Notes under the pieces: generated by a model
Seen by the model: the letters and a program-made list of their open reading frames with translations, nothing else
Databases searched by the model: none
What the model was told of the DNA's origin: nothing
Shown: in pieces, positions 7,836 through 16,281 of the stretch
Layout: each line of letters opens with the position of its first letter
How positions within the stretch are numbered: the first letter of the stretch is position 1
Translations under genes and position numbers: made by a program
DNA from: Candidatus Bathyarchaeota archaeon
GTDB lineage: Archaea > Thermoproteota > Bathyarchaeia > Bathyarchaeales > Bathycorpusculaceae
DNA length: 22,209 bases
Assembly (NCBI GenBank): GCA_963780185.1
Contig: CAWABA010000008.1
Span: 1 to 22,209 of the forward strand
Direction of reading: 5' to 3'

Positions 7836-9029
7836 CTACTTCGCAAGCAACGCTTCAATGTTCTTGCGCAAGCCGTTCTTAGAGAAGAATTTTTCTCCAT
7901 CCAAAGTCAAGTATCCCACGACGCTGTTGCGGCGCATGCCGTGCAGCAGAAACTTCTTTGTAAGGCCCAAACTTAACCCGAGGTTGGACGCCAAATCAAC
8001 CAGCGGAACCTCGTCTTTTTCGCTGAGCACCTGCAGCATTTTCTTTTCGGTTTCCGCTACGAAGTCTTTTGCAGCGGGGTCACCTACCGCGTCAAGGTCG
8101 CTTGCCTCAAGCATCTCGATTAAGGCGCGTCTAGCCCTAGACAGCGCCAAACGCGGGGTTGCAAAAGCAGCGGCGATTCCGCCGTGACCCAGAAGCAACG
8201 TAGCTATGCCCAGCAGCAACATGCCGTAGCCCAAGTAGTTTTCGATGGAAACCGTAGCCCACACGTTGGCGATGTCTAACCCAGCGATGGAGACGCCTAC
8301 CGCGAAGGCGATAACCCAGAGGCTGCGGAACAACCATTTTTCCTGAAGCAAAAGAGGCTTAGCCGACTTAAGCTTCACAACGTACTCTTTAACGACGATG
8401 CTGACGACTGCGAAGACGCCGAAGCTGATAACGAACACGCCCGCCAACATCACGGCAAACCCAACGTAGTTCGCCACGGTTTGCGTTGCCCACTCGCCCG
8501 CCGTCACGGAACCCAGCAAGAACATGGCAACCCCTGCGGTTACAGCCAGAATCTTGTTCAGCATTGAAAACCCGTGTTTGCTACCTACAACGTAGGTGGT
8601 GATGAGCCCAACTGTGCCCACGACTGCGGCGGCTAACCCGAACATCGTCAGCCCGTAGCCAAGGTAGTTTTCAACCGTGAATTTAGCCCAGTTTGCGTTT
8701 GCCGCTGAACCCACCAAAGCCACAGCAACTCCAGCGGCGAAGATGTGCAGGTTTTGGAACAGTTTCTGCTGGGGAACCTCGATGAAGCGAGGCGGCAGCC
8801 ACCTTGGGGTTCTTCGCTCTCTGGCTAAGATTGTTTTGAAGACGCCTTCAACCAACCAGAACGCGCCTAAAACGAGCAGGATTGTTCCAGCAGATTGGAC
8901 GCCGAAGCCCACGTAGTTTAGGGTGGTGTAGTAATAGTTGTTTTTGAAGAGGTATGACCCTGCAGCCGAGAAAACTATGCCTGCGACTAAGGCGTATAAA
9001 CCGTTAAGCAGGGTCTTTTGCAGTTTCAA
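7836..9029 (-). CDS. Multi-pass membrane protein (four repeated TM hairpins) with a C-terminal PCI-like winged-helix domain
   Basis: About 8 hydrophobic segments; motif T/S-x-x-NY-[LV]-G-[FY] occurs four times; soluble tail MLQVLSEKDEVPLVDLASNLGLSLGLTKKFLLHGMRRNSVVGYLTLDGEKFFS. Confidence 0.75.
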   Translation of the reverse strand: MKLQKTLLNGLYALVAGIVFSAAGSYLFKNNYYYTTLNYVGFGVQSAGTILLVLGAFWLVEGVFKTILARERRTPRWLPPRFIEVPQQKLFQNLHIFAAGVAVALVGSAANANWAKFTVENYLGYGLTMFGLAAAVVGTVGLITTYVVGSKHGFSMLNKILAVTAGVAMFLLGSVTAGEWATQTVANYVGFAVMLAGVFVISFGVFAVVSIVVKEYVVKLKSAKPLLLQEKWLFRSLWVIAFAVGVSIAGLDIANVWATVSIENYLGYGMLLLGIATLLLGHGGIAAAFATPRLALSRARRALIEMLEASDLDAVGDPAAKDFVAETEKKMLQVLSEKDEVPLVDLASNLGLSLGLTKKFLLHGMRRNSVVGYLTLDGEKFFSKNGLRKNIEALLAK

Positions 9030-9053
9030 GGCTTTTACTCACTCATCCCTCTG

Positions 9054-10583
9054 TTAACGCTTGAGTGTATGAAACTCTATACATATAACGTTTAAGTGAA
9101 AAACCTCGTCGTGGGCGGGTTCAGGCAAAAACCTCTTCAGGCGGCGAGTAACAAAAACAGCGATTACGATTATCCACCCCACCGCCAGAGCAACCGCCAC
9201 AACTTCAGCCGCCCCAAGTATGGTCTGTTCCACGGAGCCAACTGAACGGGTAGTTGAGCCGCCGCTGGCTGCGCTCTTGGTTGGGGTAGGCGTCGGCTGG
9301 TTTTGCTGAATAATTGGGGTGCTTGTCGGTGTCGCTGTAGCTTGGATCGGGGTGACGTTTGACTGGGAAGGAGACCAATTGATTGTCCACTGGGTTGACG
9401 GCGCCGCAGAATTTGGCTGCGCCAGAATCGGCAGGTAAGTGACTGTTCCCAGATTATAGTTGTATTTGGAGTCGTAGATTGACTGGCTAATGGCTTGGGT
9501 GTCCGGGGTGCCCCACCAGTTGTTAGCGGCGTTAACTGCGCCCTGAGCGTTCTGCAGGCAAATGCTGTTGCTAACGTAATTTTCCAAGTTGTTGTTGCTT
9601 ACAGTGCATGGATCATCCAGCGCAATTGACACGTTGCAATAAACGATGGTGTTGCCTTGGATGGTGACGCCGCTGCTTGCCTCAATCCCAGCAGTTGAAC
9701 AGTTGTAAACCAAATTGTTTTCGACAGTAATCGTTTTCCCAAGGTAGCTCCCCACGTCAATGCCCGTTTCACAGTTAACTACGGTGTTACCTGAAATTAC
9801 CATGCCATCTTCGTCGGCTCCACCTGTTATCCCATTGCTGTAGTAGCTGACCCCGAAGTCGTAGTAGTTGCCGGGGTAGCCTGGACCGATTATTTGGTTG
9901 CCGTTGACTGAGGGGAAGCCGCCGTCTATGTAAACGCCTTTTGTGACAACGTTGCTTTGGATTGTGGGGGTTCCGCCTGTGACTGTGACACGCGATATTG
10001 TGTTGCCGCTAACCTCAGGTGACCCCGCCGCCACAGTAAGCCCTATTATGTATGAGTAGTATCCGTCGCCGAACAAGTTGCCTGTTATGACTGGGGAGCC
10101 GCTGTAGACCTTTATACCGCCGACTTTTACTTCGTCGTCGACGGTTATCGGGTTGCCAACTCTGTTGGAGTCAATTTTCGGCGAAACACCAGTTATTTTG
10201 ATGAGGTAGAGCCCGTCTGTGTGCTCGATTATGGAGCCTGAACCTGCGCTTTGGCTCCAGCTGCTGCTTGAAGGCATAAAGTCAACTTCGCCTCCGCCCT
10301 GAAAGGTAATCGGGTTAGAATCGGTTCCTAACGCCTGAAATGTCCCGTTGACTTGAAGAATGTAGCCGTTGAAGTTCACTGTGGCACCAGCCTCAACGGT
10401 TAGAGTTGCCCCGCGGTTAACTGCGACAGGCCCGTTGATGTTGTAGGGGCTGCTCTCCGCGGTCCAGGTGGTGTCGGAGTTGATTATGCCGTTGAAAACA
10501 GTGGACGCCATAGCCATGTCACGCAGCGGCAAGGCACATAGCGCAAGAGCAATCAACAGAGCAACAGGCAAAGCCTTGTTCAT
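9054..10583 (-). CDS. Secreted right-handed parallel beta-helix (NosD/pectin-lyase-like) surface protein with C-terminal membrane anchor; paralog 1
   Basis: Signal peptide; DTTWTAESSPY N-cap; repeated IxxNxI beta-helix rungs; NNWWGTPD...SIYDSK; Thr/Pro-rich linker; TM followed by RRLKR. The true stop may be slightly earlier (~9121) if there is an indel. Confidence 0.85.
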   Translation of the reverse strand: MNKALPVALLIALALCALPLRDMAMASTVFNGIINSDTTWTAESSPYNINGPVAVNRGATLTVEAGATVNFNGYILQVNGTFQALGTDSNPITFQGGGEVDFMPSSSSWSQSAGSGSIIEHTDGLYLIKITGVSPKIDSNRVGNPITVDDEVKVGGIKVYSGSPVITGNLFGDGYYSYIIGLTVAAGSPEVSGNTISRVTVTGGTPTIQSNVVTKGVYIDGGFPSVNGNQIIGPGYPGNYYDFGVSYYSNGITGGADEDGMVISGNTVVNCETGIDVGSYLGKTITVENNLVYNCSTAGIEASSGVTIQGNTIVYCNVSIALDDPCTVSNNNLENYVSNSICLQNAQGAVNAANNWWGTPDTQAISQSIYDSKYNYNLGTVTYLPILAQPNSAAPSTQWTINWSPSQSNVTPIQATATPTSTPIIQQNQPTPTPTKSAASGGSTTRSVGSVEQTILGAAEVVAVALAVGWIIVIAVFVTRRLKRFLPEPAHDEVFHLNVICIEFHTLKR

Positions 10584-10624
10584 GCAACCACCCGCTCACC
10601 TATGGCGCAGTTTGGTTTAATAGG

Positions 10625-11983
10625 TTACGCTTTTTGGCTGCTTTTCGTTTTCAGCCGCCGCCTAACAAACACAACTATCACAACAGCCCAAGCAAACGCC
10701 AAGGCAACGGGCACAATTTTTGCAAGCTGCAGGATAACGGATTCAACCGAGTTCTCTGGACCCGACGAGCCAGCGCCGATAGAGTTTTGCCACTGGTTAG
10801 GCGTAAGAGTAGGCGTGGCTGTTGGATGAAAGGTGGCAGTGGATTGGGGGGAAGTTGTTTGAGGCGTGGGCGTAGGTAAGGTTACGGGCACAAGCGGGCT
10901 GGACGGAGCCTCGGAACTGGGCTGGTTCAGGATTGGAGTGTATGTTACTGTTCCCAAGGTGAAGTCGCTTTTCGAGTCGTAGATTGATTGGCTTATAGCT
11001 TGAGTGTCTGTGGTACCCCACCAGTTGCCAGATGCATCCACATTAGAGCTGCCCGTCAAGTAGACGCTGTATTGGGTGTTCCCGTAAATGTTGTTGTGTA
11101 CGATAGACGCTGAACCCGCACATTGGATTCCTACCTTGTTGCCTGTTATAGTGTTGCCCTCAACTGTCCCACCGCCAACAGAGATTCCGCATTTATTATT
11201 CGCAACGTAGTTCTGCTGAATCACTGCTGAACCCAAACTTTGAATCGCCACGTCAACACAGTTGATAACCGTGTTCCCATTGAACGTTGCTTGCCCATTT
11301 AATATAACTGAAATCCAACCCCCATTAACGACGTTGTTTGATAAAGAGGCGCTATCTCCCGCAGTGACCACATAAGTCCACCTAGTCGTGTCGAACTGGT
11401 TATTCGTAACTTTAGAGCCCCCGTTTGCCAAAATGGCGCCACTTATGGGTGGATTGTCCACCACGTTATCCGAAATTAAGGGAGACCCGCTTACGATATT
11501 TATCGATGTGTCAACTGTGTTGTTAAAAGTGTCCCTGCTGATTTTCGGGGAGCATCCTTGGATGGAAACCGAGGCGGTTTGGAAAAAAGCGTTCTCTATA
11601 ATACTTCCTGATGCTGTTTGTTCATTCCAACTTGTGCTGGAAGGCATGAATTCGATGGTGGGATTGCACTGGCTCGTATATTGAATAGGAGAGAGAAAGA
11701 CAATATTATTGTCACTCGTTCCCTGGGCTATGAGTGTGCCGTTGATTTCCATGTAGTATCCTGCAAGATCAACGGTTGTTCCCGGCGCAATAGTCAAAGT
11801 TACCCCCGCCACCACTCCAACCGCACCAGTCAGCGTATAGGGACTACCCGCAGACGCCCAAACCGTGTCAGAAGTTACCAACCCGCCAACGCTTGTGGAA
11901 GCATGAACATTGCTCACGTAAGCAGATCCGCACAGGATCAAAACAACCATCAGAGAGGCGGAAACCAGTTTTTTCATGTACAA
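10625..11983 (-). CDS. Secreted beta-helix surface protein with C-terminal membrane anchor; paralog 2
   Basis: Signal peptide ending VHA; DTVWASAGSPY; beta-helix rungs; GNWWGTTD...SIYDSK; TPTP linker; TM followed by RRRLK. Confidence 0.88.
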   Translation of the reverse strand: MYMKKLVSASLMVVLILCGSAYVSNVHASTSVGGLVTSDTVWASAGSPYTLTGAVGVVAGVTLTIAPGTTVDLAGYYMEINGTLIAQGTSDNNIVFLSPIQYTSQCNPTIEFMPSSTSWNEQTASGSIIENAFFQTASVSIQGCSPKISRDTFNNTVDTSINIVSGSPLISDNVVDNPPISGAILANGGSKVTNNQFDTTRWTYVVTAGDSASLSNNVVNGGWISVILNGQATFNGNTVINCVDVAIQSLGSAVIQQNYVANNKCGISVGGGTVEGNTITGNKVGIQCAGSASIVHNNIYGNTQYSVYLTGSSNVDASGNWWGTTDTQAISQSIYDSKSDFTLGTVTYTPILNQPSSEAPSSPLVPVTLPTPTPQTTSPQSTATFHPTATPTLTPNQWQNSIGAGSSGPENSVESVILQLAKIVPVALAFAWAVVIVVFVRRRLKTKSSQKA

Positions 11984-12015
11984 TCCTTACATATTTGGAC
12001 ATTTGGTTTAAGAGC

Positions 12016-13416
12016 TTACTGCTTACCGCGTGCTTTTCGCTTTAGCCGGCGCCTGACCACGACAAAGATAACGATTGCCCATCCAACTGCGAGGACAATT
12101 GGCACCGTTTCTGCAAGCTTCAGGATGACGGATTCAGTGGAGTTTTCTGGACCGGAAGAGGAACTGCCGATGGAGGATAGCCAACCTTGGGTTGAAGTCG
12201 GCTGAACATGCAGCGTGGGAGTTGCGGTTGTAGCTGGCTGGTTAGTTGGATTGGTGGTTGTTGAAGATTGAGTGAGGGTGTTCAAGTTGACGAGCGGGGT
12301 TGAAGGCGCCTGCGAATCAGCTTGACTTAGGATTGGGTTGAAGGTTACGGTACCCAAGTTGAAATCGTCTTTGTTATCGTAAATTGATGCCTTAATCGAT
12401 GTGCTGTCGGTTGTTCCCCACCAGTTATCGGTTGCGTCAACGTTCAAAGGCGAGGTAAGATAGATGCTGTTTTGGGTGCTTCCTTGAATGTTGTTACTTT
12501 TGATGGTTATGGAAAAGTCGGATGTGCTAATCCCTGCAGGTGACTTTATCCCGACATTGTTGTTTATTATAGCGTTGTGTCGAATAACTCCGATGCCAGT
12601 CACCCCAAAACCATTATTGGACATATAATTTTGCTCGATAATTACCGATGCACTATTTGATGCTACGGCAGCATCTTTACAATTCGTAATCGTATTTCCT
12701 GTTATCTTCGCTTCGCCGGAAGCCTGGATGCCTTGCCAACAATTGTTTACAACATTGTTTTCCACTGATGCGTTCTCAGACACCTGCATCCCGTAGATGA
12801 AGGGAGAGGAATCATGGACGAAATTGTTTGAAATAATTGGGGAACCTGCGGCAATGATGGCGCTTCCTCCGCTTCCAGCTGAGATGTCGTTGTTCACTAT
12901 CGAGGGGGATCCACTTAAAACGTTCAGGGGAGACTGAGATGGGTGAGTAAAAGTGTCACGGGTTATTTCAGGGGAGCAACCAAGTATTGAGACGCTCGTT
13001 GCGTTAAAAACCGAATTTTCAATCACGCATCCTGAAGCCGTAGGAGGATACCAACTTGTGCTTGAGGGCAAGAATTGAATTTGAAATTTCGTCTGAGACT
13101 GATAGGCAGAGGCAGCATCAGTTGAAAAAAATATGTTACTACTGCTTGTTCCTTGGGCGTCGAGGGTGCCGTTAACCTGCAGGTAGTAGATACCAAAGTC
13201 AACCTCAACTCCTGGTACTATGGTTAAAGTTACGCCTGCTTCCACGCCTACGGGTCCTATTAGCTTGTAGGGGCTGTCTGCTTGGGTCCAAGTGGTGTTT
13301 GAAGTCATCAATCCGCCGACGTTTGTAGAAGCATGAACATTGCCCATGTTGCCTGCTAATAAGAAACAGCCAAACAACGCCATTAGCAACAGGATCGGGC
13401 AAGCAAGCTTCTTCAC
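12016..13416 (-). CDS. Secreted beta-helix surface protein with C-terminal membrane anchor; paralog 3
   Basis: GTG start; signal peptide ending VHA; NTTWTQADSPY; DNWWGTTD...SIYDNK; Thr-rich linker; TM followed by RRRLKRK. Confidence 0.88.
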   Translation of the reverse strand: MKKLACPILLLMALFGCFLLAGNMGNVHASTNVGGLMTSNTTWTQADSPYKLIGPVGVEAGVTLTIVPGVEVDFGIYYLQVNGTLDAQGTSSSNIFFSTDAASAYQSQTKFQIQFLPSSTSWYPPTASGCVIENSVFNATSVSILGCSPEITRDTFTHPSQSPLNVLSGSPSIVNNDISAGSGGSAIIAAGSPIISNNFVHDSSPFIYGMQVSENASVENNVVNNCWQGIQASGEAKITGNTITNCKDAAVASNSASVIIEQNYMSNNGFGVTGIGVIRHNAIINNNVGIKSPAGISTSDFSITIKSNNIQGSTQNSIYLTSPLNVDATDNWWGTTDSTSIKASIYDNKDDFNLGTVTFNPILSQADSQAPSTPLVNLNTLTQSSTTTNPTNQPATTATPTLHVQPTSTQGWLSSIGSSSSGPENSTESVILKLAETVPIVLAVGWAIVIFVVVRRRLKRKARGKQ

Positions 13417-13516
13417 GACACCACCACATGCTAAGAATGGGTAGCTTTGGAAAATATAAGATTAACCTTAATCCTTGCCCGCCGCTCCACCGGCAAACTA
13501 AACCAGTTGCAACAAA

Positions 13517-13735
13517 CTAACGCGTAACCTCATGGTCGGGTTCAACTTTGACAGTGACATCTGATCCCTTTATTCCAGCCAAGGACGGAAGAATATGGGA
13601 AATGAATTGTTCCGCGGTGCATGGGCGAACGGTGCCGTTTTGGCTGTATTCTTTCCAGCCGTCCTCCTCTTTTCGGAACTTCTGAAGCCATTTATCCTTG
13701 AACATGATGTAGATTGTGCATTCTGAATTCTTCAT
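13517..13735 (-). CDS. Small hypothetical protein (72 aa)
   Basis: GAGG ribosome-binding site before ATG; protein-like composition; co-oriented with its neighbours. Confidence 0.6.
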   Translation of the reverse strand: MKNSECTIYIMFKDKWLQKFRKEEDGWKEYSQNGTVRPCTAEQFISHILPSLAGIKGSDVTVKVEPDHEVTR

Positions 13736-13773
13736 GATTATTCCTCTTGAAACGGGAAGCCGTGAGATTTGGT

Positions 13774-14361
13774 TTATTGTGCGGTTCTTCTTGCTCCGCA
13801 GTTTGGGCAGGTTAGCGTGGTTTCAGGCATTTCTGTTTGGCAGTATTGGCATGCGACAAGACGCACTTTTGGCGGTTCATTTTGGGGTCTTTCGCTTGGC
13901 GGGATGACCTGTAAGATGGTTTCTTTGGTGGTTACGTCGGGTCTTCCGTGGACGGCGACGACGCCTTTGATTTCCCACTGGACCGTGTCTTCTGCAGACA
14001 TGTAGGTTGGACGGGCTCCGGCGGGAAGGGGGATGCTGAATTTGAAATTTTGGCTGACACCGTTTGTGAGGGCGATGGCTGGGTTGCATTGGGGTTTTGC
14101 TTGGTAGAGAACCAGATTTTCGGTTACTTGCCGATTGACTACCATTTTGAGGGCGGGGTCGTACTCGGTTTTCATGACCTTTACGGTTTCAGCGCATTTG
14201 ATTTCGCAGCGGATTTCGTCTGACGCTATGTCTTCGTGCGGCGTAACGGTGAGTGTTCCTTCCAAGTTGTCACCTAAGACGGCGTATTGGTCTTGGAGTT
14301 GCAGGTTGACGTCGGCTTTTGGCGCAACTAAGTGGCCTTCAAGTTTTTTAAGAAAGCCCAT
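13774..14361 (-). CDS. Arrestin-N/SpoOM-like beta-sandwich protein with C-terminal Zn ribbon
   Basis: LGDNLEGTLTV...FKFSIPLPAGARPTY...VQWEIKGVVAVHGRPDV is typical of the arrestin/SpoOM fold; CQYC...CPNCG at the C-terminus; minus-strand TATA-like TTTTAAG near 14391-14397. Confidence 0.72.
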   Translation of the reverse strand: MGFLKKLEGHLVAPKADVNLQLQDQYAVLGDNLEGTLTVTPHEDIASDEIRCEIKCAETVKVMKTEYDPALKMVVNRQVTENLVLYQAKPQCNPAIALTNGVSQNFKFSIPLPAGARPTYMSAEDTVQWEIKGVVAVHGRPDVTTKETILQVIPPSERPQNEPPKVRLVACQYCQTEMPETTLTCPNCGARRTAQ

Positions 14362-14446
14362 GGGTACCGCATGATACTGTGAGCCGAGCGCTTAAAACCT
14401 TTTAGGAATTCTGGATTATACAATAAACCCCTAAAACAATGGGAAA

Positions 14447-14577
14447 GTGTGCAGTAAAGGTGTGCAATAAGAGCCGTAAACTGTGCAATAAGCGCTTAAC
14501 TGTTTGTGCATGGTGTTATTGATGGTGTTATACAGTATGGGCGCATGGTGTTATTTGCACACTTTTTGTAACACCAT
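14447..14577. repeat. Iteron-like cluster of short direct and inverted repeats
   Basis: TGTGCA(A/G)TAA at 14448, 14461 and 14482 (plus TGTGCA at 14505), inverted TTGCACAC at 14555; ATGGTGTTAT at 14510, 14522 and 14545, inverted TAACACCAT at 14569. Confidence 0.8.
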
Positions 14578-14920
14578 AGCGTAAAAGGTTGATACGGGTA
14601 AAAAACAGTACCTTTTTGGAACTTTAGGTAACTCTCCAAGCAAAATCTAAATGCGCCGTAAATCGCCAATTTTGGAAATAGAAATCAGATTTACCTTCCA
14701 TGAAATTACCGTGGAAAAACACCGTAAAAAGGGGCGTCAAAGATTTCTTTTTCACATTTACGCTATTTTTTATACTTGATTTATTTTTTACACTAACAAC
14801 CTTTTTTACGCTAAATTTACGGCTGGCTGAGACGAGCCGAAATCCGAGTTAAAAAACGCAAACCAGTTGTGATTGCGTAAGCGTAGATTCATAAATTGAT
14901 AAGTGTATAAGTTGCTAAGT

Positions 14921-14936
14921 AGAAAAGCTTATAAGG
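14921..14936 (+). promoter_or_regulatory. Putative BRE/TATA promoter for the small RHH genes
   Basis: AGAAAAGCTTATAAG: purine-rich BRE followed by a TTATAA box. Confidence 0.5.
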
Positions 14937-15065
14937 CGAATGGAACAATTAAGGTTGAGCGTCAAACGTTGAGTGGGTTCTCGCCCACCTTAAGGGCGAG
15001 GGGGCAGTGGGTGCGTTTCCTCACTTACCCTTTACCTTAATCTGTTTAATAGGGAGGCGAGTACA

Positions 15066-15218
15066 ATGGGAAAAATCAACCTTATAATGTCAGACCAATT
15101 AGAGACTGAATTTAGGAACGCGGTTTTCAAAAAATATGGGTTAAAAAAAGGCAACATTGCAAAAGCGACTGAGGAAGCCCTAAGAGATTGGATACAGAAA
15201 AACGCAAAAGAAGCGTAA
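15066..15218 (+). CDS. Small ribbon-helix-helix DNA-binding protein (50 aa; absent from the ORF track)
   Basis: MGKINLIMSDQLETEFRNAVFKKYGLKKGNIAKATEEALRDWIQKNAKEA*; GGAGG RBS upstream; strand-helix-helix pattern ending EEALRDW. Confidence 0.8.
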   Translation: MGKINLIMSDQLETEFRNAVFKKYGLKKGNIAKATEEALRDWIQKNAKEA

Positions 15219-15253
15219 AGCGTGAGCATGCACTTAAGAGGATGAATTGACCT

Positions 15254-15439
15254 ATGCGACTAACGTTTGACTTCTCACCCAAGGAAATGGCAGACATTGA
15301 CCGCTTAGCCCTCGTTCATAATCTCACCCGCTACTCAACCGTGAAGCAACTTATCCAACAGGGCAGAAAAGGCTTTACCCCAACGTATAGAGTTAAAATT
15401 TTGCAAGTAATACCCAAAGAATCATTGATAACTTCATAA
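15254..15439 (+). CDS. CopG/RHH-like small protein
   Basis: MRLTFDFSPKEMADIDRLALVHNLTRYSTVKQLI shows alternating-hydrophobic strand plus two helices; GAGG upstream. Confidence 0.6.
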   Translation: MRLTFDFSPKEMADIDRLALVHNLTRYSTVKQLIQQGRKGFTPTYRVKILQVIPKESLITS

Positions 15440-15473
15440 TAAAAACAATAAATTAAAGAAAAATTTGTAATTG

Positions 15474-16136
15474 TTACAAGTTATTTGCGCTGTTTTCATC
15501 AACAGTTGCTATTGCTATTTCTTCGATGGGTTGCAATTCTTCCTTTGGTACGTCTTTTAAGAACAGTTTAGCCATTGATAACACCGCAATCATTGTAACT
15601 ATCAGCTTGGACATTGATGGAAATTGCTCTTGTAAATCGTGGAAAAACTTTGTTTGTTCTTCTATCATTTTTTCGGTTTCTTCCAGTGGCATGTTGCTAT
15701 CGGAAGACTCCCCTTCGGTCATCATACTGAGTAGGAACTTAATCATTTCCTTAGCTATCGTTCTCACGTTTGCTGAATCGCTTTGAAGAGCGTTGGCTAA
15801 AAATACAATGGGCTTCGCATTAGCGCCAAAATTGCTGAATTGCTCTATGTTCTTCGTAAATTTCTTTGTGTCCATCTCTGAAAGAAGTGCTGATAAGACC
15901 CCTTGATTTGTCAGCCAATATTTAGGGAATTTTTGCCCCCGCCACTCGTAGATGTTTTTTTGGCAAATAATGCCCTTTTTTATTAAACTTTCAAATGCGC
16001 AATGAGTTGCTTTGTATTGCTTCTTTAATTCCTTGCTTGTTTGATTGATGGTTTCTGGCTCTGATTCGGTAAAATGTCTAACGATTAGGTGCTGTAATGA
16101 CGGCAAGTTAGTGCTATCTATTTTTGTTTTTGACAT
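15474..16136 (-). CDS. Winged-helix transcriptional regulator (putative repressor)
   Basis: N-terminal wHTH: LQHLIVRHF...TINQTSKELKKQYKATHCAFESLIKKGII...KYWLTNQG; helical C-terminal domain. Confidence 0.72.
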   Translation of the reverse strand: MSKTKIDSTNLPSLQHLIVRHFTESEPETINQTSKELKKQYKATHCAFESLIKKGIICQKNIYEWRGQKFPKYWLTNQGVLSALLSEMDTKKFTKNIEQFSNFGANAKPIVFLANALQSDSANVRTIAKEMIKFLLSMMTEGESSDSNMPLEETEKMIEEQTKFFHDLQEQFPSMSKLIVTMIAVLSMAKLFLKDVPKEELQPIEEIAIATVDENSANNL

Positions 16137-16155
16137 ATGTTAACCCCATGTTTGG

Positions 16156-16206
16156 TTATGTCATAGCATGACATAATCACATTAGTTATGTTATATCTTG
16201 ACATAT
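16156..16206. promoter_or_regulatory. Two tandem palindromic operators between divergent genes
   Basis: Perfect TTATGTCAT-AGC-ATGACATAA (16156-16176) and degenerate TTATGTTAT-ATC-TTGACATAT (16186-16206), 30 bp apart. Confidence 0.7.
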
Positions 16207-16281
16207 ATAGGCTTTGTGCGTAGTAATCACATGTGCTTGCTCGGCATGTTGCCGACAAAAGCGCAGGAGATATGTGGAAAA

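Noticed and set aside
14447-14577. CRISPR array
   Set aside because: Repeats are about 10 bp, irregularly spaced and in mixed orientation; no 25-40 bp repeat-spacer period and no cas genes.
14362-15065. tRNA or tRNA-derived att site at the element's left edge
   Set aside because: No cloverleaf or T-loop GTTCRAATC motif found by eye; tRNAscan-SE would settle it.
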